A stretch of DNA of 64,000 bases from Candidatus Limnocylindria bacterium (GCA_035708565.1 DASSSF010000058.1:2704-66703); one strand, 5' to 3'; shown: positions 1 to 9,967, numbered from the stretch's first letter. Notes: generated by a model not told the origin, from the sequence alone. A program made the numbers and translations.

Positions 1-1228
1 CGAGGAACTGCGCCTGCGCGACGAGCGTCGTGAGCGGCGTCTTGAGGTCGTGCGCCGCGGCGGAGAGGAAGTCCTCCTTGAGGCGCGTCGCCTCCTCCTG
101 CGCGCGGACGCGCGCGGCCTCGTCGATGAGAGCACGGCTCTCGAGGATCACCGCGGCCTGCTCCGCGAGGAGCCTCGTCAGCTCCATGTCGCTCTCCGCG
201 AAGATCGGGGACCGCTCCGCGTAGACGGTCAGCACGCCGAGGCGCTCCGTCCCCGCGACGATCGGCGTGGCGATGACCGCGCCGACTCCGGCCTCCGCGT
301 ACTCGCGCGCGTGCTCCCGGTCGTCCTCGGCGGGCTGCGCCGTGAAGACGGTGCGCTGCTCGGTGAAGGCGCGGCCGGCGATGTACGCGTCCGACGGCCG
401 CTCGATCGGCTCCGCCTCGCCGGGCCGCTGGTACCGGAGCGTGCCGTGGCCGCTGAAGAGCCCGATGCGCGCCGAGGCGCCCACCGTCTTCCCGGCGCCT
501 TCCTCGAGCGCCGCGACGATCTCGGCCGTCGTCGGGAGGCGCGGCAGCTCGGCCGCCCGCGCGAGGAACGCGCGGAGCTCCGGCTCCTGCCACGCGCGCC
601 GGAGGATCGCCGGCGGGGCGAAGCCGACGTAGAACGCGAGCCCGGACAGGAGCGCGAGCAGCTGCGTCAGACCGGACGTGATGCCGCGCAGGTCCGGAGG
701 GAGCGTGAGGCCGAGGCCGGCGGTGACGATGGCGGCGGCGAGGAGCCCGCCGCCCGCGGCGATCGCCTCCATCCGCCGCCGCGTGACGCCCTGCGCGAGG
801 CGCGCGCGCCGGAGGAAGAGGAGCGACGCGTACGACGACACGACCGCGAAGTACGCGACGAGGGTGAGCGATGCCCAGAGGGGAGCGGGATCGAAGGCCG
901 CGATGAGCAGGACCGACACGAGGAGGCCGAGCTGCGCCGCGCGGCGGAGCCGCTCGGGGACGTGCGAGAAGTCGTCGTAGAGGCGGAGGAGCAGGTACGG
1001 CATCGCGACGATCAGCGAGGTGACCACGATGCCGACGATCCGCAGGTCCGGGAGGCCGAACCAGCCGGTGAGGCGCGTGCGGACGAAGGCGACCGTGATC
1101 GCGCCGAGGAACAGCGCCATGTCGACATGCGCGACGGTCGGCCGCCGGATCACCTTCCGGACGACCAGGACGAAGATCGCGAGGTACACGGCCTGCGTCG
1201 CGGCGGCGATCAGCTCGAGCGCGGTCAC
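1..1228 (-). CDS. Sensor histidine kinase, N-terminal part (TM segments, GAF domain, start of HisKA H-box 'EDFLSAAAHDLKTPL'). Partial: the C-terminus lies beyond the window start.
   Basis: My manual reverse-complement translation gives a GTG start at 1228 immediately after an in-frame TAG. The sequence runs from hydrophobic TM helices into a GAF-like region and then the phospho-acceptor His motif. It is not in the ORF track because no stop falls inside the window. Confidence 0.7.
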   Translation of the reverse strand, partial: MTALELIAAATQAVYLAIFVLVVRKVIRRPTVAHVDMALFLGAITVAFVRTRLTGWFGLPDLRIVGIVVTSLIVAMPYLLLRLYDDFSHVPERLRRAAQLGLLVSVLLIAAFDPAPLWASLTLVAYFAVVSSYASLLFLRRARLAQGVTRRRMEAIAAGGGLLAAAIVTAGLGLTLPPDLRGITSGLTQLLALLSGLAFYVGFAPPAILRRAWQEPELRAFLARAAELPRLPTTAEIVAALEEGAGKTVGASARIGLFSGHGTLRYQRPGEAEPIERPSDAYIAGRAFTEQRTVFTAQPAEDDREHAREYAEAGVGAVIATPIVAGTERLGVLTVYAERSPIFAESDMELTRLLAEQAAVILESRALIDEAARVRAQEEATRLKEDFLSAAAHDLKTPLTTLVAQAQFL

Positions 1229-1272
1229 GCGTGGCGGAGGCTACCAAGGCCCGGCGCTGCTAGCGTGACCGC

Positions 1273-2433
1273 GTGGACACCGGATCGGCGGCGGCCCTCC
1301 TCTTCTACGGCGACTCGTACCGGTTCCCGGACATCTTCCACACGACGCGGTTCCTCGCGCCGGACGCGTTCATCACGCTCGAGCACGGCGAGGAGCGGAT
1401 CGTCGTGATCAGCTCGCTCGAGTTCTCCCGTGCACGGAAGGAGTCGCGCGCGACGGCCGTGCGCAACGTCGACGAGTTCGGCGCGCGCGAGCTCACCGCC
1501 GCCGGCGTGCTGGGCGACGAGGCGACGGCGACCGTCATCGACCGCTTCCTCGCGGAGCGGACGCTGCGCGAGATCGCGGTGCCGCGGTACTTCCCGTTCG
1601 GCCTCGCCGAGGCGCTCCGCGCGCGCGGCGTGAGCCTCGTGCTCGCGAAGGATCTCGACGCGCGCCGCCGGGCGAAGCGGCCCGACGAGCTTGCCGCGAT
1701 CGAGGCCGCGCAGCGCGCGACGGAGGAGGCGTGGGAGAAGGGCGTGGACGCCGTCCGCCGCTCGACCGTGGGGAAGGACCGCGTTCTGATGCTCGAGGGC
1801 GAGCCGCTCACCGCGGAGCGCGTGCGCGCGATCGTCGAGGGCGCGCTCCTCGAGCGCGGGTGCCTCGCGGAGTCGACGATCATCGCGCCGGGCGCCTACG
1901 CGGCCGATCCGCACTCGATCGGCTCGGGACCGATCCACGCCGGCGAGGCCGTGGTGATGGACATCTTCCCCCAGCACAAGACCACGCGGTACTGGGCCGA
2001 CATGACGCGCACGGTCTCGAAGGGCGAGCCGAGCGCCGAGATCGTCCGGATGTACGAGGTCACGAAGCGAGCGCAGGACGCCGGCATCGCCGCGCTCCGC
2101 CCGGGGGTCACGGGGCGGGAGGTGCACGAGCTGGTCGAGGACATCATCTTCGAGGCCGGCTACGACACCCTCCGGCCGGGGCAGCAGCGCCGCCCGGGCG
2201 GTCCGCCGCGCGGCTTCATCCACGGCACCGGCCACGGCGTGGGGCTCGAGATCCACGAGGCGCCGTCCGTCGGCCGGGCGGGGACGAAGCCGCTCGAGCG
2301 CGGCGACGTCGTCACGGTCGAGCCCGGGATCTACGACCCCGAGGTCGGCGGCGTCCGCCTCGAGGACATGCTCGTCATCACGGCCGATGGCAGCAGGAAC
2401 CTCACGCGCGCCCCGCGCCAGCTCGTCGTCTGA
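1273..2433 (+). CDS. M24 family metallopeptidase (Xaa-Pro aminopeptidase / creatinase-like fold)
   Basis: 386-aa ORF with a GTG start. The C-terminal 'HGTGHGVGLEIHEAPSVG...VEPGIYDPEVGGVRLEDMLVIT' carries the M24 metal-ligand motifs. Confidence 0.85.
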   Translation: MDTGSAAALLFYGDSYRFPDIFHTTRFLAPDAFITLEHGEERIVVISSLEFSRARKESRATAVRNVDEFGARELTAAGVLGDEATATVIDRFLAERTLREIAVPRYFPFGLAEALRARGVSLVLAKDLDARRRAKRPDELAAIEAAQRATEEAWEKGVDAVRRSTVGKDRVLMLEGEPLTAERVRAIVEGALLERGCLAESTIIAPGAYAADPHSIGSGPIHAGEAVVMDIFPQHKTTRYWADMTRTVSKGEPSAEIVRMYEVTKRAQDAGIAALRPGVTGREVHELVEDIIFEAGYDTLRPGQQRRPGGPPRGFIHGTGHGVGLEIHEAPSVGRAGTKPLERGDVVTVEPGIYDPEVGGVRLEDMLVITADGSRNLTRAPRQLVV

Positions 2434-3293
2434 GTCCGCTTGCCGCCGGCCTCGGCGCCGCGATCGCGTGGGGCATCGCCGACTACGCGGGCGGCATCGC
2501 CTCGCGCCGCATCCCCGCGGTCTGGACGTCCATCGGGATGCAGGGCGTCGGGACGGTCCTCTACGCGGCGGGCCTCGCGCTCCTCGGGCGCTGGCCCGCG
2601 GTGGACGCGACGGTCGCGTACTGGTCGCTCGCGCTCGGCGCGCTCGGCGGCGTCTCGCTCCTCCTCCTGTACCGCGGGCTCGCGCTCGGGCCCATCGCCG
2701 TCGTGAGCCCGATCACCGCCGGGTACTCCGCGGTGACGGTCGTGCTCGTCGTGCTCTTCCTCGGCGAGCGGCTCTCGACCGCGGAGGCGATCGCGATCGC
2801 GGTCACGTTCCTCGGCGTGCTGCTCGCGTCGGCCGACCTGCGCGCGATCCGCCGGCTCGCGGGCCGGCCGCTCCCGGGCGTGGGCATCGCCTTCCTCGCG
2901 ATGCTCGGGTTCGGGATGTGGGGCGGGCTCATGACCGCGGCGACGCGCGAGGTCGAGCCGCTCGCGTTGATCCTCGGCGGCCGGGTCGCGGGGTTCGGCG
3001 CGATGCTCGCTGCCGCGCTCCTCCTCCGGAGCGGCGTGCCCGCCGACCGGCGGCCGCGCACGCTCGGGCTCGTGCTCGCCGCGGCGGTGTTCGACACGCT
3101 CGCGAACGTCCTGTTCGTGCTCGGCGTCGCGGCCGGCGAGGCCGCGATCGTCGCGACGGCGAGCGGCCTCTACCCCGTGCTGCCCGCGGTCCTCGCGATC
3201 GCGGTGCTGAAGGAGCGCCTCGCGCCGAACCAGTACGCCGGCGTCGCGATCCTTGTCGCGGGCCTCGTGGCCCTCGGATACGCCCGGGGCTAG
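2430..3293 (+). CDS. EamA/DMT superfamily transporter (10-TM drug/metabolite exporter family). The start is uncertain.
   Basis: Continuous hydrophobic helices 'LAAGLGAAIAWGIADYAGG...' begin right after the pepP stop. There is no in-frame ATG/GTG/TTG before TM1. A CTG sits at 2430 and the first ATG is at 2538 inside TM1. Confidence 0.7.
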   Translation: MSPLAAGLGAAIAWGIADYAGGIASRRIPAVWTSIGMQGVGTVLYAAGLALLGRWPAVDATVAYWSLALGALGGVSLLLLYRGLALGPIAVVSPITAGYSAVTVVLVVLFLGERLSTAEAIAIAVTFLGVLLASADLRAIRRLAGRPLPGVGIAFLAMLGFGMWGGLMTAATREVEPLALILGGRVAGFGAMLAAALLLRSGVPADRRPRTLGLVLAAAVFDTLANVLFVLGVAAGEAAIVATASGLYPVLPAVLAIAVLKERLAPNQYAGVAILVAGLVALGYARG

Positions 3294-4638
3294 AGCCGCG
3301 AGCGGAGCGTCGCGATCGCTGCGTCGAGCTGCGCGTCGCCCGCGTTCGGGTCCTGCGCGACGACCACGTCGGGCGCGACGCCGAGGCCCTGGCCGTTCAG
3401 CTCCTCGCCGGTCTTGGCGTCGATCATGCGCGCGACCGTGACGAGGAGGAGGCTGTCGTCCGGCAGGGTCCGGGGCTGGCCGATCCCGACGCAGCCCGCG
3501 GTGCGCGTCCCCACCAGGGTGCCCGACCCGTTCGCGCGGACCCCGGCGGCGACGATCTCGGAGCCTGACGCGCTCCGCTCGTTGACGAGCACCACGAGCG
3601 GCTTGGCCTCCGGCCAGTACCACTTGTCGTTCGTGCGGAGGGGGCGCTTCTCGCCGTCGCGCCCGATCTGCTGCACGAGCGTGCCCTTCGTGAAGATGCT
3701 GCCGATGTCCTGCGCCGCGGAGAGGTCGCCGCCCGGGTTGTTGCGCAGGTCGAGCACGATCGCCTGCACGCCGCCCGCGATGAGCGCGCGCACGGCCTCC
3801 GACGTCTGGCGCGTCACGTCACCGTTGAACGCGCTGATCGAGACATACCCGATCTTCCCGCTCTCGTAGTCCCGCATGATCACGCGCGGCGGCACCAGGC
3901 GCGCGCGCACGATCGGCACCGTGCGCTCCGCGCCCGCGCGCACGAGCACGAGCGTGACGGTCGTCCCTTCGGTCCCGCGGATCCGCGTCGCGACCTCTTC
4001 CGGCGTGAAGCCGTCGACGGGCACCCCGTCGACGCTCTTGATGCGGTCGCCCGAGCGGAGCCCCGCCCGCTCGGCCGGCGAGTTCGGGAAGACGGTCGCG
4101 ATCTCTGGGAGCGTGTCGCCCGCCCGCGCGGGCGAGATCTGCGCGCCGATGCCCGAGTACTCCTGCGGCGGCTGGTTGAACGTCTTCGCGCGGTCGGGCG
4201 GCAGGAAATACGTGTGGCACTCCTTGAGCGACTTCGCCATGCCGTCCGTCGCGACGCGCTCGAGCCACTTCGCGCGGTCGAGCCCTGCCTTTGTCTGCGG
4301 GTCGCTCGCCTGCGGGTACTTCTGCGCGAGCAGGTCGATCGTCGCCGCGAGCTTCGCCATGTCGCTCTGCTGTGAGCCGGTGAGCACGGGCCGGTCGTAG
4401 GCGGGCTCGATGCCCTCGGCCTTGATCGCGGCGTCGATCGCGTCGAGCGCGCCCGCGACGAGCTGCTTCGACGTCGGGCGATCCACGTGGCGCTCGATGA
4501 GCTGCGAGAGCGCCGCGTCCGCCACGCGGTACTGCGTCGCGGTCTGCCCGGGCAGGAGCTCGCGCGCGACCTCGGCCGGCAGGATCTCGCAGGCGGAGAG
4601 GATGACGGCGGCGAGGAGGGCGGCGGCCGCGCGCTTCA
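3290..4638 (-). CDS. S41 family C-terminal processing peptidase (tail-specific protease) with PDZ domain; lipoprotein signal 'MKRAAAALLAAVILSAC'
   Basis: Internal ATG of ORF 3290..4891. Carries the PDZ 'GDRIKSVDGVPV' and S41 'LVNERSASGSEIVAAG' / 'RNNPGGDLS' motifs. Confidence 0.85.
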
Positions 4639-4685
4639 TCGACCGAGAGTACGGGACGGCGGCTAAGGGAACGCTAAGACCTGCC

Positions 4686-5273
4686 TTACGCGGAGAGGTG
4701 CTCCTCCAGGAGCTTGCGCAGGCGGCCGAGCGCTCGGAACTGGAGCGCGCGGATCGCGCCCTCGTTCTTGCCGAGGATCTGCGCGACCTCGCGGCTCGAG
4801 AGGTCCTCGATGAAGCGGAGCACGAGGACCTCGCGCTGCTCGCCCGTGAGGTGGCCGATCGCGCCGCGGAGGGCGATGAGCTGCTCGCCACGGACGGCGT
4901 TGTCGTGGGCGGTCGGGCCCTCCTCGTGGAGGCCGTACGCGTCCTCGAGGTCCACGGTCGGGCGCTCGCGGCGGCGGCGGTCCGTCACGGCATTGCGCGC
5001 GATCGTGTAGAGCCACGCGAGGAACGACTTGCCCTGCCACTTGTAGCGGTGGATGTTCGCGAACGCCCGCGTGAAGACCTCGCTCGTCAGGTCCTCGGCG
5101 TCGCTGGGCTCGCGCACGCGGTAGAGGAGGTAGCGGTACACGCTGTCGACGTGCGCGTCGTACAGCTCGGCGAACGCGGCCTTGTCGCCCTTGCGGGCGC
5201 GCTCGATGACGTCGGGGACGGGCGCCAGGACCTCGACCGGGAGTGCTTCCGCCCGCACGTTCGCGATGGTCAC
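4686..5273 (-). CDS. ECF (sigma-70 family, group 4) RNA polymerase sigma factor
   Basis: 195 aa. Region 2 'ELYDAHVDSVYRYLLYRV' and region 4 'LSSREVAQILGKNEGAIRALQFRALGRLR' are present. A 'ggaggaag' SD lies 9 nt upstream of the GTG. Confidence 0.9.
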   Translation of the reverse strand: MTIANVRAEALPVEVLAPVPDVIERARKGDKAAFAELYDAHVDSVYRYLLYRVREPSDAEDLTSEVFTRAFANIHRYKWQGKSFLAWLYTIARNAVTDRRRRERPTVDLEDAYGLHEEGPTAHDNAVRGEQLIALRGAIGHLTGEQREVLVLRFIEDLSSREVAQILGKNEGAIRALQFRALGRLRKLLEEHLSA

Positions 5274-5480
5274 GTTCCCAACTTCCTCCGTGTCCTCACC
5301 GGACGATGGTGAACGTTAGGTGGACCGCGCAGCGGCGTCCACGGCTCGGTCGTACCGATCCGGTGGCACCACGTGCGGCATGCGCGCGACCGCCGTACGG
5401 TCGGCGAGTGATACGGGTCACGCGCGACGGCTCAGAGCGAGCGACCGAGCCACACGGCCTCGGATCCGCGCGCGTGCGGT

Positions 5481-6596
5481 CTAGGGGTACAGCTTCCCCT
5501 TCGCGATGAGGTCCTTGAGGATCCCGCTCGCGACCGCGACCGCGCTCGCGTCATCGGCCGGGACGTCCGGCGGGATGCCGACGTTGTTGTAGCGCGTGCC
5601 GGTGACGGCGCCGACGAACTCCTGCGACGTCACGAAGATCTGGCTCTTGTCGGGGAGCGGCGTCGGTGACGTCGCCCCGAGGCAGCCGATGGTCTTGCTG
5701 CCGACGATGACGGCGCGCTTGTTCTCCTTGAGCCCGAGCGTGAAGACCTCGGGCGACGAGCCGCCGCGGTCGTTGACGACGACCGCGACGGGGAGCTGGT
5801 ACTCGTCCGGCAGGCGCAGCTCCTTCTTTGCCGTCTGCGTCCCCGCCTGGCCCGTGCGCACCTCGATGCGCATCGTGGGCTCGCCATTCAGGAACCACGA
5901 CGTCATGGCCTGTGGCGGGTCGCCGCCGGCGTTCGCGCGGAGGTCGAAGAGCCACGCCTTCGCGCCCTGCGCGAGGAGCGTGTCGAGTCCCTTCTTCACG
6001 GCGTTCGTGATGCTGTACGTCCCGTGGGCGGCGAACTCGCGCCAGGTGAGGTAGCCGATGCTCCCGTCGATGAGCGCGTAGCGGAGGCCCGCCTCGTCGG
6101 GCGCGGTCGCGTTCGCGGGCGCCATCGCGGGCGTGCCGCGCGTCTGCTCGGGGCGCGAGCGCACGACGCCGCTCGGCGTGACCCAGTACGTGTGGCAGTC
6201 CGGGGTCGCGCGCATCATCGCCGTGATCGCGACCTCCGCGATGTTCGCCGCCGAGAGCTGCGGGTTCTTCCGCGCAAGCTCCTTCGCGGCCTCGGCGAAC
6301 CTGTTGAAGTCGGGGAGGATGACGTCGGCCTCGTCCTTGAACTCGGGCGTGGCGACGTCGTCCTTGCCGCCGCTCGACCGGGCGCGCTCCTTGAGCGCGT
6401 CGAGCGCCGCGACGAGGAGCTTCTTGCTCGAGACCTTGTGCACGTCCTGGTCGGCGAGCGCGACGTACGCGATGTCCATGAGCGACTGCTTGATGTCGAC
6501 GCTCGCCGCGGGCGTCGCGGTGGGCGCGGTCCCGCCCGGCGCGCCCGTGCACGCCGTGAGGAGGAGCGCGAAGGCGAGCGCGAGCGGCCGTCTCAT
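5481..6596 (-). CDS. S41-family peptidase-like lipoprotein, paralog of 3290..4638 (signal 'MRRPLALAFALLLTAC')
   Basis: Internal ATG of ORF 5481..7037. Shares 'DCHTYWV' versus 'ECHTYFL' and the 'DLRANAGGD' S41 core with the downstream paralog. Confidence 0.8.
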   Translation of the reverse strand: MRRPLALAFALLLTACTGAPGGTAPTATPAASVDIKQSLMDIAYVALADQDVHKVSSKKLLVAALDALKERARSSGGKDDVATPEFKDEADVILPDFNRFAEAAKELARKNPQLSAANIAEVAITAMMRATPDCHTYWVTPSGVVRSRPEQTRGTPAMAPANATAPDEAGLRYALIDGSIGYLTWREFAAHGTYSITNAVKKGLDTLLAQGAKAWLFDLRANAGGDPPQAMTSWFLNGEPTMRIEVRTGQAGTQTAKKELRLPDEYQLPVAVVVNDRGGSSPEVFTLGLKENKRAVIVGSKTIGCLGATSPTPLPDKSQIFVTSQEFVGAVTGTRYNNVGIPPDVPADDASAVAVASGILKDLIAKGKLYP

Positions 6597-6634
6597 CCCG
6601 CTAGAGAGGATACGGATGCGGCCGCGCCGCGGGA

Positions 6635-7828
6635 TCAGGCGGTGGCGTGCTGCGCTTCCCACTCCGCCGGGGAGGCGCAGAAGCCCTCGTAGTCGATGTA
6701 CTCGGTGATCGTCGGGCGCTCGCCGCACGCGGGGCACGCGGGGTCGCGCCGCAGCCGCACCTCGCGGAACGCTCCCTCGAGCGCGTCGAAGAGGAGGTAG
6801 CGCCCGATGAGCGGCTCGCCGATGCCGAGGAGGAGCTTGAGCGCCTCGTTCGCCTGGATCGTGCCGATGACGCCGGGGAGCACGCCGAGGACGCCCGCCT
6901 CCGCGCACGATGGCGCGAGCTCGGGCGGCGGCGGCTGGTGGAAGAGGCAGCGGTAGCAGGGGCCCTCGAACGGCTGGAATACCGTGACCTGGCCCTCGAA
7001 GCGGTAGATGCTCCCGTGGACCACCGGCTTCCGCCACTTCACGGACGCGTCGTTCACGAGGTAGCGCGTGGGGAAGTTGTCCGCCCCGTCGACGATGACG
7101 TCGTACTCGGGAAGGATCCGGTCGATGTTCGCGCTCGTGAGGCGCTCCTGGTACGCGACGACGTTCACGTCGGGGTTGAGGGCCTCGAGCGTGCGCTTCG
7201 CCGACGCGACCTTCGGCGTCCCGAGCCGCTCGGTCGAGTGGAGGATCTGCCGCTGGAGGTTCGTCGCGTCGACGACGTCGCTGTCGACGATGCCGAGCGT
7301 GCCCACGCCGGCCGCCGCGAGGTAGTACGCCGACGGCGAGCCGAGCCCGCCCGCGCCGATGAGCAGCACCTTCGAGTCGAGGAGCCTCCGCTGCCCCGCC
7401 TCGCCGACCTCGGGGATGAGCAGGTGCCGGCTGTACCGCTGGGCCTGCTCGGGCGTGAACTGCGCGGCGGGCAGCTGCACGGGCAGCCCCGCCTGCTTCC
7501 AGCGGTTGAACCCGCCCGCGACGCTGACGACGTCCGTGTAGCCGAGCTGCGTGAGGGTCGCCGCGGCCATCGCGGAGCGCACGCCTCCGGCGCAGTAGAG
7601 GATCGTCGGCGCTTCCTTGTTCGGGAGGCGGTCCTCAGCCCACTGCTCGAGGTAGGACTTCGGCACGAACACGGCGCCCGGGACGTGGCCCTCGTCCCAC
7701 TCGTTCTTCTCGCGCACGTCGCCGACCTGGGCGCCCGGCTGCCTCGCGAGCTCGGCCGCCTGCTCGGGGGTGACCTCGCGGACGTCCTTCTTGAGCCGCG
7801 CGAACCAGTCCCGATACGTGCTCCCCAT
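6635..7828 (-). CDS. Rhodanese domain fused to ThiF/MoeB-type E1-like adenylyltransferase (sulfur-carrier protein activation), C-terminal CxxC...CxxC
   Basis: N-terminal rhodanese with active-site loop 'LYCAGGVRS'. The ThiF Rossmann 'VLLIGAGGLGSPSAYYLAAAGVGTLGIVDSDVVDATNLQRQ' follows. Zn motif 'CYRC...CPAC'. Confidence 0.85.
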   Translation of the reverse strand: MGSTYRDWFARLKKDVREVTPEQAAELARQPGAQVGDVREKNEWDEGHVPGAVFVPKSYLEQWAEDRLPNKEAPTILYCAGGVRSAMAAATLTQLGYTDVVSVAGGFNRWKQAGLPVQLPAAQFTPEQAQRYSRHLLIPEVGEAGQRRLLDSKVLLIGAGGLGSPSAYYLAAAGVGTLGIVDSDVVDATNLQRQILHSTERLGTPKVASAKRTLEALNPDVNVVAYQERLTSANIDRILPEYDVIVDGADNFPTRYLVNDASVKWRKPVVHGSIYRFEGQVTVFQPFEGPCYRCLFHQPPPPELAPSCAEAGVLGVLPGVIGTIQANEALKLLLGIGEPLIGRYLLFDALEGAFREVRLRRDPACPACGERPTITEYIDYEGFCASPAEWEAQHATA

Positions 7829-7889
7829 GCGTCGAGGATAACCGGGCGCGGAGGTCGGGAATTCCTCGGAACGGTTACGGTCATGGCTC

Positions 7890-8369
7890 GTGAACGCGGA
7901 GGTCGTGACCTTCCAGGCGCTCGTCTTCGCGTACCACCTCGCGCTGGCCGTGATCGTCGGCGGCGGCCTCGCCCTCGGCGCGTTCGCCGCGCCCGCCCTC
8001 TTCAAGGAGCTGCCGCGGCCCGACGCGGCGACGGCCTTCGGCGAGGCGCTCCGGCGGTACGACGGCGCGGCGCTCGTCGCCGCGATCGTCGCGATCCTCA
8101 CCGCCTGGATCCGCGCGGTGAACTACGAGACCGTGGACGAGCGCCACTGGCTCCGGTTCGCCGCGCTCGTCGTGATGGCCGGCGCGACCGTCTACGCGAG
8201 CGCGTACGCGAACCCGGTAGCGCGGCAGTTCCGCCGCGCGACAGCGGGCTTCGACGACCTCCCCGAAGGCCATCCCGCGCGCCGCGAGTTCGCGAAGTTG
8301 CACGCGGCGTCCCGCCGCGCGGGCGCGCTCGCCGTCCTCGCGGGCCTCGTCGCGCTCTTCCTCAGTTGA
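7890..8369 (+). CDS. Small 4-TM membrane protein (DUF4149-like), hypothetical
   Basis: 159 aa with a GTG start and four hydrophobic helices. GC3-rich frame. Confidence 0.55.
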   Translation: MNAEVVTFQALVFAYHLALAVIVGGGLALGAFAAPALFKELPRPDAATAFGEALRRYDGAALVAAIVAILTAWIRAVNYETVDERHWLRFAALVVMAGATVYASAYANPVARQFRRATAGFDDLPEGHPARREFAKLHAASRRAGALAVLAGLVALFLS

Positions 8370-8431
8370 GGAGGAGGTCCGCGTCGCTCGACGACGCGCT
8401 CGCGGCGCACCGGGAGCGGCTTGCGCGCGCG

Positions 8432-9214
8432 CACCGCGTGCGCAACAAGGCCGGCCTCCTCGCGATGATCGACGACCTCGGCTTCTGCTTCGCGTTCACG
8501 CTCCGGACGGGCGACGCGCCGCTCCCGGCGGGCTTCGACCATCTCGCGACGACGGACGAGGGGAAGAAGTGGGAGTGGATGTGGGGCTGGAAGGACGAGA
8601 TCGCGGAGGCGAAGGAGGCGTACTACGGCGCGCTGCTCGTCCGCAAGCCCACGTTCGTGTCGAAGCGCCTGCTCCCCGCGTTCTACGCGACGTTCGGCCG
8701 CGCGGGCGAGCCCGACGATCACCTGGAGGACGTCCGCGCGGGCCGCCTCTCGGATCTCGGCAGGCGCGTCGTCGAGTTCCTCACGCAGAACGGCGAGACG
8801 CAGACGAAGCGCATGCGCGCGACGCTCGGCATCGTCTCGAAGGAGGGGAAGCGCGAGTACGACAAGGCCGTCGACGAGGTGCAGCGCCTCATGTACGTCT
8901 CGCTCGTCCGCGCGGTCGGCGAGACGCACGAGGACTACAACTACACGTACGACCTGTTCACGCGGCGCTACCCGGAGGCGGTGCGCGCCGCGGAGCGGCT
9001 CGCGTCGGCGGAGGCGGCCGAGGTGGTGCTCGGGCGCGCCCTCGAGCTCGCGGGCGCGATGACCCCGAAGCAGGCCGAGCGGCTCTTCGACTGGGAGGCC
9101 GACCGCGTCGCGCGCACGGCGGCGCGGCTCGAGCGTGCCGGGAGGCTCGCGCGCACCGGGACGGGCAAGGAAGCGCTCTTCGTGCTCGCGTCGCTCCTCG
9201 CGCGGAAGCCCTAG
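8432..9214 (+). CDS. Hypothetical protein (conserved-looking globular sequence 'KWEWMWGWKDEIAEAKEAYYGALLVRKP'). The start is uncertain: GTG 8432 or ATG 8462.
   Basis: This is the 3' part of spurious long ORF 6647..9214. The frame is open far upstream, so the start is chosen only by position relative to the upstream gene's stop. Confidence 0.45.
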   Translation, partial: HRVRNKAGLLAMIDDLGFCFAFTLRTGDAPLPAGFDHLATTDEGKKWEWMWGWKDEIAEAKEAYYGALLVRKPTFVSKRLLPAFYATFGRAGEPDDHLEDVRAGRLSDLGRRVVEFLTQNGETQTKRMRATLGIVSKEGKREYDKAVDEVQRLMYVSLVRAVGETHEDYNYTYDLFTRRYPEAVRAAERLASAEAAEVVLGRALELAGAMTPKQAERLFDWEADRVARTAARLERAGRLARTGTGKEALFVLASLLARKP

Positions 9215-9229
9215 GATCGATCGCGCCCC

Positions 9230-9967
9230 ATGGACATCCACCAGCTCCGCTCGTGGATCTTCGAGCTGTTCGAGCCGCTCGAGGACGACCGGCAGTACGT
9301 CGTGTTCGACGCCGACGCGGGGAACGTGATGATCGACGCGCCGGCGTTCAGCCAGCGCGCGCTCCGCATGATCCGCGGCACGGGCGACGCGTCCCTGCTC
9401 GTGCTCACGAACCGCGAGCGCGCGGCGGACGCCGCGCGGTTCCGCGACGCGCTCGGGGTGCAGATCGCTGCGCACGCCGACGACGCCGGGGCCATCGCGG
9501 GCGGGCCGGACATCACGCTCGGCGACGACCAGCGGCTCCGGCCGGGGATCCGCGCGATCCGCGTCAAGAGCGGAGCGCAGGGCGCGACCGTGCTGCTGCT
9601 CGGGAAGGCGGGCGGCGTGCTCGTCGCGGGCGATCTCGACCTGTCCGACCCGGCGGCACGGCCGCTCCTCGGCCTCGAGTTCTCGGCGATCCTGTGGTCG
9701 TCGCGCGGGCCGCAGTGGAGCGCCGGCAAGGAGACGCTCGGGCAGTTGCAGAACGAGCTGCCGAGGCCGAAGAAGCGGTTCGGGATCTTCCTTCCGGCGC
9801 CGTGGGACAGGGCGTATCGTGGCCGCCTCGAGGACCTCCAGACGCCGAGTCCCCTGATACCGACCGAGGAGACCGCACCGGTCGAGGCCGCGATGGGCCC
9901 GACGACGCTCGTCGTGTCGCAGACGACGCCCGCGAAGCAGGCCCGCGCGCCGAGGCCGGAGCGATGA
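9230..9967 (+). CDS. Degenerate metallo-beta-lactamase-fold protein (HxHxDH replaced by 'TNRERAAD'), hypothetical
   Basis: 245 aa. Its MBL-like sequence pattern is 'VVFDADAGNVMIDAP...LLVLTN...AHADDAGAIAGG...VLVAGD' without the His ligands. It has a 4-nt ATGA overlap with the downstream S9 peptidase. Confidence 0.6.
   Translation: MDIHQLRSWIFELFEPLEDDRQYVVFDADAGNVMIDAPAFSQRALRMIRGTGDASLLVLTNRERAADAARFRDALGVQIAAHADDAGAIAGGPDITLGDDQRLRPGIRAIRVKSGAQGATVLLLGKAGGVLVAGDLDLSDPAARPLLGLEFSAILWSSRGPQWSAGKETLGQLQNELPRPKKRFGIFLPAPWDRAYRGRLEDLQTPSPLIPTEETAPVEAAMGPTTLVVSQTTPAKQARAPRPER

Noticed and set aside
50-1408. Long + strand ORF (452 aa) overlapping the 5' region
   Set aside because: It is R/E/D/G-rich low-complexity translation, antisense to a clearly homologous histidine-kinase coding frame on the - strand. 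This is a typical spurious ORF of 72% GC DNA.
8369-8377. AGGAGGAGG looking like a strong RBS
   Set aside because: No ATG/GTG/TTG lies 4-13 nt downstream in any frame. It overlaps the stop of 7890..8369 and is probably coincidental.
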